The notes under the pieces: generated by a model | What the model was told of the DNA's origin: nothing | The model's database searches: none | What the model saw: only the letters and a program-made list of their open reading frames with translations | Assembly: GCA_000388065.2 (NCBI GenBank) | Contig: KB932207.1 | Direction: 5' to 3' (one strand) | Origin: Fonticula alba ATCC 38817 | Lineage: Eukaryota > Protista > Nucleariida | Length of the DNA: 13,382 bases | Shown: positions 1-9,117 of the stretch, piece by piece | Layout: every line of letters begins with the position of its first letter | Numbering within the stretch: position 1 is the stretch's first letter | Position numbers and translations under genes: made by a program

Positions 1-260
1 CCCCCCCTCGGTCATGCACACGGCGACATCTCCGCATTCCACATTTTGAATACACATGAAATCCAAACAAGCTTCCCGATGGGGGAAAGCATGGCGGCCG
101 GGCATGGACCGGCCACGCTGATTTCCCCCCCTCTGGCGGGTGATCTATTGTCTGGCGCACATGCGCGCTCTGGCAGACTCGGGGAGCAGGAAGAAAAAAA
201 AAGAAAAAAGAAAAAAGAACCCGAGGCGCGGCCTTTCCTGCTAGCCTCGCCCCCTGTTGC

Positions 261-3200
261 TCATGAGGACGGCCGCGGGCTGAAAATCTCCTTGACCATC
301 TGCTCGTAGTTCTTGTAAACCTTCAGCTGCAAGGCGATCGACGGATTGGATAGAGCCAGGCGCTCGGTGAACTCCCAGGCATTAAAGAAGACCATCTCCG
401 CATCCATGAGGGCCCGCTTCAGGACCATCGGGTTGAGCAGCCGGGCCGCCGCATCGGGGGTCACAGGGTCCGCCCCAGGAGCCGGAGCCGGAGGGACCGG
501 CGCCGGCGGCAGCGGCTCCCCGGCCAGCATGGCTGCGCGTTCGGCCGCTTCGAATTGGCGGAAGCGCTGGAGGTCCTCACGAGCCTCGGCGATGGCCGCC
601 ACCGCGGCATCCAGCAGGATGCACGGATTGAAGCTGATCTGCGGCAGGGACTCCCCGAGGCTGGTGGTGGACAAGGCCAGAGGCTCGCCCCCGAAGTACC
701 CGGCCACCACGCCCTTCGGGTCAAGCTGGTTGGGGAAGAGCCGGTGAGCATGCTTCACGGCGAAGCGCAGGGCCTCGGCGAGGCGTCCCTTGGCGATGAG
801 GACCTGGATGATGAGATCCTGTCGGCCGAGGCGATTGTAAATATCCAATGCCATCTGGAAGAGCGGCCGATGCCGGGGCGCCAGCGACAGCAGGCGCCCG
901 GCCAGCGGCTCCGAATCGGGCAGCGCCATGTACTGGAGCATTTGGGTCAGCTCATTCATTTGCCCCGATCGGACCAGCGCATCCAGCAGGGCCAGCGACG
1001 TCGAGTGCTCGATGGTCAGATTGTGCGTTCGCAAGGACCGGTTGAGCTCCAGCAGCACCGCCGCATAGAAGGTGGTCCGGCGCTGCTCGGCCACCGGATC
1101 GGCCATTTGCCCGGCCCCGCCGGCCTCGGTGTCCAGGAAACGCAACACATCTCGGAAGAGGTCCTCCTGGCTCAGCACCAGCGATCCCTCCAGGTTCCGG
1201 GTTTCGACCACCGGCTCGTCGAAGGGCGATGGTGGCTGCGGGCCGGATTCCAGGTCCGAGGCAATGAGACTGGCCACCGGGTTCGGCAGGGGCGTCACCC
1301 CGGAGGAGATTGCCCGGGTGACGTTAGAGGAGGTCAAATCCCCAACCCCCTGGGCCACGAGGCGCAAATCCGAGGCAATGGTCTGCGAAGAGGGCGACGG
1401 CGGCTCCGCATGCAGGTTCAATGACAAGACACTGGACCCCTTTTCCGGGGTCAAAAAGCCCACCGGGCCGCCGGCCGGCGACACGCGCTGCCTGGCCACC
1501 AGCTGCGCGGCCGTCGGCGACCGCGAAGGCGAGGGCGAGAGCGAGGGCGAGGGGGACACCTCGCCACCGGCCGGGGAGGAATGGTTGCCATTGGTGCTGG
1601 GCGTCGGCGTGGTGGGCTCCGAAAGGAGCGTGGAGTTCCGGCTGATGGAGCGGCCGATGGTGGACAGAGAGCGCCGTTGAACCGGTGACCCTGGGCCCCC
1701 AAAGGGAGATGGCATAAATTGGATGGGTCGTCCGGAGGGCATCGCCGTGCCGGCGCCAGAGCCGCTGCCAGACCGGAAGGGGGATGTACTGCTGCCCGGG
1801 AGGCCGGAGGCGCTGCCGCTGCCGCTGCCACCGCCGCTGCCGCTGCGACTGCCACCGGATGACATCGACAGTGGTGATGGGATATCCGGCGTGTGGGCCG
1901 TCAGCAGGGCACTTTGTTGTGAGGGAGAAGGCTGGGCGGGGAGCTGCGGAGCACGCGGCAGCGAAGACTCCATCCGCTGGTTGACCGTGTGTACGGCGCG
2001 GCGGAGAGCGCTGTTGGAGATCGCAAGGCGGGCAGAGGGAAGGGTGAGAAGCCGGTCCGGAGGGGCAGGGAGGGAGGGAGCGAGAAAGGCAGAGAGAGAG
2101 AGAGAGAGAAGACGGGGGAGGGGACGGCGTGGCGCACTTCTCATGGTAATACTGCTGAGCCACGTAATTGATCAAGTCGAAGAGCTCGCCAATCACCTCA
2201 AGGCGGACGTTCTGGGTGATGTAGTGCCGGAGGAGATTGATCACATACGGCCGGGAGTTGGCGCGGCGGAGGAGGAACTCCAGCAAAACCTTGATTGGGG
2301 GGAACTCCTCGGCGTAGCAGTGCTGGGGAGGGACGGGCGGGATGTCAGTGCGGGGCCCCATGTGCATGTGGCAAGCGTGCAAGGGATGTATTGCTTTTCG
2401 GAGGAAGAGGGAGGGGGGTGGGGGGAGGTTACGCACGAACTGGTCGAAGGTCAGATGGAAGCGCGGCAGGTGGATGCTCAAGCGCCAGAGACAGGACTTG
2501 CTGAGAATAATGTTGGGCACGAAGAATCGGAGGACCGAGTTATCTGCAATCAGAGGGGGCGAGGGGGGGGGGGGGGGGGAGGGGGGCGAGGGGGGGCGAG
2601 AGGGGGCGAGAGGGGGCGAGGGGGGGGGACCACGGGGGCCACGGGGGCCACGGGGACGTCGCCCGGAATGGACCGGCCAAGCGCACCATGCACATCCGGC
2701 TCGCACAGGCCGCAGGGGGTGCCATCGGGCAGAGCCACGCCGGCCCGGCAGTCGGCCAGGTCGCCGGCCAGCAGGGTGGTGGGCTTCCAGGTGCAGGGCT
2801 CGGCCGGGGCGCACTCGGCCGGGGCCCAGGCCGGGCGCTGGGCCTTGCACGAGCCCAGCCGCCCGGCCCCGCAGGCGTTGTGCTCGCCGGCCGCCGAGAA
2901 GAGCACCACCTCGCCGGTGTCCGACCGGAGGAGGGCCACCTCCGGCCGGCCATCGCCATCGACATCCACCGGCACCAGGTGCACATTCAGCCGGTGGGTG
3001 CCGGCCAGGTGGGTGATGTCCTGCACGCGGCGCGGGACCAGCGGCTGGACCACCAGCCCGACCGACCCGCCCGGGGCCAGGGCCAGCACCGCCGAGTAGG
3101 CCCACTGGCCGTCCCAGAAGAAGAGATCCGCATGGTCATGGCGCAGGGTGTGCTGCACGACCACCAGCCGGAAGACCGGGGCGGCATTGCTGCCGGCCGG

Positions 3201-6200
3201 GGCCGCCAGGTCGGCGGCCGTCAGCACCGGTAGGAGCTGGTCCATGCGCGGGGCGGCGGCCGGCGCGTGGCCCGGCTCCGCGGCCGCGCGCCACAGGTAC
3301 AGCAGGGCCTCGGCCCCGGCGGAGGGGGCATCCTCCACCGAGAGCAGCATGGCCGGCGGGGCCCGGCCGGCGGGGTCCTGCGGCAGGGAGTGCATCTGGC
3401 CGCAGGGCAGGGCCCGGTCGCCGACCCCCGGGCCCAGGGGCAGGAAGTCCGTGGACAGGGTGCCGGCCGGGTGCGAGCCGGTGGCCGGCTCCTCCGACAG
3501 CAGGGCCGTCCAGTGGTACTGGCACCGGGCATCGGCCGGGCCCTCGGAGGAGGCCACCACCCACCGGTCGCGGCCGTGGCGGTTGTCCACCGGGTGCCAG
3601 GCGCCATAGCGGAAGTGCCGCCCGGCCGGGGTCAGGGACCGGGCCCCGAGGGCCGGCAGGGCCCCGGGGAAGGCCCGCCCCGGGGCCGGCCGCGCAAAGT
3701 GCAGCGGGGTGAATTGGTGCGGCATGCCGCGCAGGAGATCGCACACGTGGGACCCGGGCGCCGGGTCCCGGTCGGGGGACAGGCATTCCAGCAGCTGCCC
3801 CTGGCGGTGGGGCACATGCAGGGTGGCCGGGGCTCCGGGGGGGCCGGCCGCCCGGCGGAAGACCAGGTCCACCTGGCCCGGGGCCGGGCTCGAGTGCAGG
3901 GCAAAGTGCCCGGTGTCGCCGGGGGCCGGCACCGCGCGGATGACGTGCGCCGTGGAGAAGGCCGTCAGCAGGCCCTCCACCGGGCCGGGGCTCGGTGTAG
4001 CGTCCGCCCGGTGGAGGAAGCCAAATGCCTGCAGGTGGTCGAAGAGGAACCCGGCGCCGGAGGCCGAGTCCAGGCTGGCCACCGCCACGCGCAGGTAGGC
4101 CGCCGTGGTCAGGCGCTCGGAGGCCTGGAAGTACACCGGCGCCAGGGGGTCCGCGGTGTCCGGGCGGACGGTCACACTGACCGGCGAGCTGGCCAGGCAG
4201 GCGCCGTCCAGGAGGAAGGTCCCGGCCGGGCAGGCGGTGCATTGGGTACTGCCGGGCCCTGTGCATTCGGCGCACGATCCATGGCAGGCATGGCAGTCGA
4301 TGTCTGTGTAGGTGTGTGCGTGTAGTTGTGTAGTTGTGTAGTTATGTAGTTTTGTAGGTGTGTAGTTGTGTAGTTATGTAGTTTTGTANNNNNNNNNNNN
4401 NNNNNNNNNNNNNNNNNNNATGCAAAACAGAGGGGCAGAGGGGAGGGAGGGAGGGGGAGAGAGAGAGACGGGAGGAGGGGGGAGACGACACAGAAGAAGA
4501 TGTACGGGGCGCACAGATTTGCGGGGCAAAGACGCCGGGTTGGAGGTTGGGGTTCTCGCGGGGATGTGCCTGCCCCGGCGTCGTGGCCGGCACAAATCCA
4601 AGAGACTCGGTGTCGAGCATGAAGTTGTGGGCGCTGAAAGTCCGCACGTCCAGCAGGATGGCCGACTGGCGCTCGGGGTTATGTACGCAAATGAGATTAT
4701 CCACCAGGGAGATGGACAGCGGAGAGCGTGAGAGCCCGGGAGAACTGGCCCCCGAGGTGTCGGAGATGAGCCCGAGCGAGGGGATGATCTTGATGCCGAG
4801 GTCCGGGTCGGGGATAAGGTTCCCGGCGAACGCCGAGCAGGGTGGCAAGTCCCAAAGGCGTTTCCATGCCGAATCCACCGAGCTAAGCAGATGCCCATCC
4901 CCAGAGGCGGCATTTGGGATGTCCTCTTCGCCGCCGGGGCCGAACCCGGCAGCTTGGCCGCTACCAGGCAGGTCCAGCGAGGCGAAGGTGCTCGAGGCCC
5001 GGGCGCTCAGGGACATGGTAGACAGGTCGCTGTTGATGGCGCGCGCCGGGGCCCAACCTGGGGACATGGGCTCCGGGTGGAGATGGTGTGCCTGGCCGGT
5101 CTGGAAGGTATCCAGGCTGCCGGGCTGCGAGAGGGGCCCCTGCTGGACGACAGGGAAGGAGATGATCTGCTTGCATTCGTTGAGGGTCACTCGAAAGACG
5201 ATGAGGTCACGACGGCGCATGTAGATGAGATAGATGGAGTTGTAGCTGCGTGGGGTGATTGGATGTTGAGGAACGACGGGCGGAGGGGCGAGGGGAGGCG
5301 TGTGGTGAGCACACGGGTACACTTTCAGGCGAGGATGCACAAAGCGAGAGCGGGGGCGGAAACATACAGCAGAGCAATCGTCAGCTCATCTGGGAGGACG
5401 CTGCGATCGGCCGAGCGCTGGCCCTTTGCCTGGGCGGGGGGAACCTCAAGCGTCAGGGGGGGCAGACTGCCAGTGGTTCAAAGGGACAAGGGGGAGGTGG
5501 GGGACGTCCGCGAAGATGGTCGGGGCTCGGGAGGTCAGACATGAAGCGAGCAATGTCGGCAGCAGGGAGGGAGGGGGGGCAAATGAGCTCCACATGTTCC
5601 CTGGCCTTTGGATGTCGGATGACGCACGGAGTGATCTTCCCCTGTTGGATGAAGAAAAAGCTGATGACATTCGACAATTCCCCAGAGGCTAGCATCAGGA
5701 GATGGGCGTCGTGCTGTAAGTGCGCGTGTGGGCGCGAGGGAGAGGGGGCGGAGGATGAGGGGGGGGGGGGAATGTCGATAGGCCGTCAGAAATAGAGCGT
5801 GCAAAATGGGCCAACTAATTGGGGCGGGAGGTGTGCGCCCGCTGGGGACAGGGGGAAGTCAGCACAAAAGGGAGACCATGGCGCACATTGTACTTGAACC
5901 AATTGGCCTGCAGGGGGAAGGGTTGCTTCTTGGAGAAAACGGTCAAGTCCTTGCCATTGGCCGAGGGCTGTGGCCATGCAGACGACCGGGAGGAGGCGTG
6001 AGGGTGCGTGCACCAGCGGGAAGGACAGTGTCAGAGCCGGGCCCTTGGAGCATGGGACAAAGAGATGGGACAGGGAGGGAAGCAGGGGAAAGGGGCGGGG
6101 CCGCACCTCGAGCATGAAGAGCCCCGTATCGGTGACGAGACAGAGAAGCTGCTCCGTGTGCCAAAAGAGGCCGAGCAACTTGGCATTGCGCTGGATGGGG

Positions 6201-6992
6201 AGGAACATGCGTGGCAGGTCCGGGTGGCTGAGGGACGGATGGCTGTTGGTCGGGGAGACCAGGCATCGCAGGGGTTCGGCACTGGCTCGCCCGTCGGGCG
6301 TGCCCTCCTGTGCGCGATGGATCTCCAGCATGTGGCAGGCCAGCGTGCGGCGGATGGAGAAGCGCGAGAGCTCCAGGTCCATAGATCGCACGAGGGCCAT
6401 CCGCCGGCCGCTCAGCGAGGGGGAGTAGCAAAGGAGGTTGCGGAAGAGTTTGCTATGTGGAGGGGCGCGGCATTTGGGATGGGGATCAGTCGGGCCCGAA
6501 AGCAGGATGAGGGAGGGGGGGGGGAAGGGGAGGAGCGGGCATGCGCACTCTTGCTGGAAACGATACTGGGCCCCGGTGTCCAGGCGCACGGTGACCAGGG
6601 TGTTCCAGTCGCAGGGAAACTTAATCGGACACAGGGAATCCGACGACGGCAAGGATTTGACCGCGGCCGAGCTGGAGCTTGGCGGCATGAGGGTCGGCGA
6701 TCCGGGAACCAGGGCCGGGGAATTGCACTGGCTGACGCTCTCCTGCCAGTCGGCCAGATGCTCGATGAAGGAGTCCCGGTGGGAGCGGCACTCGGCAAAG
6801 ACGGCCACCTGCACCGGAGGCGTGGCCGAAGCCACCGGGCGCTCGGTCATCGAGGAGAACCCATCAATGTTGAGCAGGACCCGGCCCGGACCAATGAAAA
6901 ACGGGCGCTCCTGGGGCAGGTGCCCCGGGGCGGCCACTTGCGATCCGACGCAGGAGGAGTCCACGTTGCCAGGGGGGTATTGCTCCTGGTAT

Positions 6993-7026
<34 letters not shown>

Positions 7027-7264
7027 AGTAGTGGCCGTGATGGTCCGGGGGAGCTGCCTCGCCGTCCACCGGCGACCCGGGTGCCAGTACGGGCGAGTCG
7101 GCCGGTGATCCCGTCGTGGAGCATATCTGCACATAGGATTTGTACAGGAGGCGCTGCTCCAGCTGGTCGGGAGTGAGTTTGGTCAGGGGAACGCGGGTCG
7201 GGTCGTCCTGTGGCGGCTGGGTCAGCATTGAAGCCAGCACCACGAGCGGCGAACTGAGCGACAT
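261..7264 (-). CDS. RMC1: Regulator of MON1-CCZ1 complex (RMC1/Mic1/C18orf8-like), spliced, 9 exons: 7264-6549, 6452-6107, 5967-5887, 5713-5628, 5466-5368, 5245-4515, 2543-2437, 2322-2138, 2010-261 (4101 nt, ~1366 aa)
   Basis: The last exon encodes a Mic1-domain-like segment (AAVLLELNRSL...LTQMLQYMALPDSEPLAGRLLSL...FQMALDIYNRLG...IIQVLIAKGRLAEALRFA), recognised from memory against human RMC1 (VLMEYIRSL...LHQFLQYHVLSDSKPLACLLLSL...). Upstream exons match the recalled order of RMC1 N-terminal blocks (ANWFKY, LSISLVDNLICVH, FFVPNIILSKSCLWRLSI, LLEFLLRR). All 8 introns are GT..AG with compatible phases. The start is in GCCGCCATG context and the TGA stop is at 263-261. Confidence 0.88.
2552..2655. 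repeat. G-rich low-complexity tract: poly-G, (RGGGGGCGAG)x4 and (CACGGGGGC)x~3; reads as the C-rich 3' part of an intron on the minus strand
   Basis: Directly visible. It lies between the donor at 2686 and the RMC1 exon 7 acceptor at 2545-2544. Confidence 0.85.
2687..4303 (-). CDS. Internal exon (about 539 codons, phase 1-1) of an unrelated Cys-rich extracellular/receptor-type protein: furin-like repeat + FG-GAP/DxDGDG-like motif + C-terminal Cys cluster; lies within RMC1 intron 6
   Basis: Stop-free frame bounded by a CAG acceptor (AG at 4305-4304) and a GTGCGC donor (2686). It begins CHACHGSCAECTGPGSTQCTACPAGTFLLDGAC (furin-like spacing), contains VDVDGDGRPEV and ends ...DCRAGVALPDGTPCGLC. 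There is no start codon or signal peptide, so it is a gene fragment. Confidence 0.75.
4307..4388. repeat. 8-bp minisatellite TGTAG(T/G)T(G/A/T) with a 32-bp higher-order period
   Basis: Units from 4321: tgtagttg tgtagttg tgtagtta tgtagttt tgtaggtg tgtagttg tgtagtta tgtagttt tgta. The array runs into the N gap. Confidence 0.9.
4389..4419. other. Assembly gap (31 N) inside RMC1 intron 6
   Basis: Run of N. Confidence 1.
6992..7024 (-). repeat. CAG/CAA trinucleotide tract encoding 11 Gln in RMC1 exon 1
   Basis: The plus strand reads ttg ttg (ctg)9; the translation is YYQQQQQQQQQQQYQEQ. Confidence 0.95.
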
Positions 7265-8314
7265 GGCGGCCGCAAGGAAAGGGAGGGCCCCGAAAGTGCA
7301 CGAGCGCCGGAGGGAGGCGGCGGGGGGGGAGGAGAGTGAGTGCACTCTCACGCGCGTGCGCGCGCCGGAGGGCAGGGGGGGGAGGAGGGGGATCGGTGGG
7401 CAAGCGGCGCGCCCAGGGTCGAAAGGAAAGGCGAGGCACGAAAAAGGGGACCGGAGATGGGGAGGGGGGGGGGCAGGTGTGGGAGGGGGAGGGTGCAGAA
7501 TAACTTGAGGCGAGAAGTGGCAAGCAAGCATTTTCACAGAGAAGACATCCGAAAGTACCAAATAATAATACACGCCAACACATTCCCCCCAGGACCATCG
7601 TGGCGGCTGGCCGAGTCCCCCCCTGTCTGGGCTCCAAGGCTGCTGGTGTAGGTCGATCTAGTGCCTCTGGGACATGCATGCCCGTTGCGATGGCGATTGT
7701 GGCCCCCGGCCCCTGCCCACCGTCCGGTGTTCGTTTTTTTTTTCTTGCCTGAACCGGTTCTCGGCCCCCCCCTCCCCCCTTGTCGCCTCCACTGATCCGG
7801 GCCACGTCTGGACACCGGTCGGCCGGCGGGTCGGTAAGTCGCAAGGGCAGCAGGCGGGCAAAAGGGAGGATGGCAACTGGAGCCCCTGCTTGGTCCTTTT
7901 TTGGAGTCCCCGGCCCGGGGCCCCTATGTGAGTTGCACTCGGCGCCGGCGGCGGCCGGTGTTGGGCGAGCCGCTCGAAGCACGGCGGTGGGCACGAAGGA
8001 AGGCCGGTAAATATGGGCGATGGGCAGGGTCATTTGTTGGTACTGGTGCCGAGAAAATATCGTATGCCATGCACGTGTACCGGATGTATCACACGATCAT
8101 AAAGGCTAACGCGCGGCATGATAAAGGGAAACGCCATTATTCACTACCTTGGCACATGGGTGAATATCCTCTCTCGCCGGCTGGCTCCCCCCGCCCGCCC
8201 GCCCGCCCCAGACGCAGGGAGCATCAGTCCGCTCTGCCCGATTCCGCCGTGTGCCTTTCCTGCATGCCTGCGAAAAGATGCACACACGCCCGTTGCGGCA
8301 GCAGTTGACCCGAG

Positions 8315-8316
<2 letters not shown>

Positions 8317-8346
<30 letters not shown>
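8317..8346. repeat. (GT)15 microsatellite, intergenic
   Basis: Directly visible. Confidence 0.95.
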
Positions 8347-8349
<3 letters not shown>

Positions 8350-8994
8350 GGCGGGCATCTGGCTGACACGGGCGCGGATGTGCTCTCGGGTCCATGCAGG
8401 CCGCCGGGCCTCCCCGGGCGGCACACCCGGCTGCCAACCGGCGGGTGTGTCTTCCCTTGGTCGCGCGGGAAGGTGGATCCGTATGGGGGCTGCGCGGCCA
8501 AGCTCCTTCGATCAGCACTGGCGCCCCTCGACCTGCCCCCCCTCCCCCATCAGCCAGCCGACCAGCCCGCCAGCGAACACCCCTCGCTCTCTTTGCCATC
8601 ATGGCCCGTGCTTTAGCCGGTGTTCGTGGCGGGGACCCCCGGCACTACACATGTGTGTTCTCGGCCCCCTGCCACCCTTTCCCTTGAGGCGTGTCTCTCC
8701 CCTCAGACTATGTGGTTGAGGGCTCCCGTGCAGGAGGGGCGGCCTGTGGTCCGATTGCCATCTGTCCGGGGGGGGGGGGGGGGGGACCAATGCCGATGCC
8801 CTAGGCCATCAGGCGGCGTGCCATCGTCCACGGGGCCGGCCAGCCTGGCCAGCAGCGGTGCACGTCGCAACTCATTCTCCCTTTCTCCGCCCCCCTCCCT
8901 CCCTCCCCCTCTCCACTTGCCTTCGCCGCGCCCTCCCTCTCTTCACCCTTCCTCTCTCTCTCTCTCTCTCCTCCCATAGGCCCTGGCTGTCACC

Positions 8995-9073
8995 ATGCTT
9001 TCCCGTTCCCTGTACGTCATCTCCCCTGTGTCTGTGCTTTTGTCCTGGCTGTTGCCTCTGCGCCCTGCTGCCT

Positions 9074-9117
<44 letters not shown>

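Noticed and set aside
1324-3105. 593-aa minus-strand ORF and many other long overlapping ORFs (e.g. 1723-3099, 3136-4275, 3267-4325, 8858-10423)
   Set aside because: These are GC-rich stop-poor frames. They are antisense or shifted shadows of real exons, or read-throughs mixing exons with introns and microsatellites.
2544-4514. Transposon as the carrier of the insert in RMC1 intron 6
   Set aside because: No transposase or RT ORF, terminal inverted repeats, LTRs, poly-A tail or target-site duplication is visible, though the left boundary is obscured by the gap.
7536-7545. ACAGAGAAGA, matching the U6 snRNA core box
   Set aside because: The flanks lack the U6 5' stem-loop, the downstream TTAGCATGGCCCCTGC/ISL sequence and a properly placed terminator. 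A 10-nt match is expected by chance.
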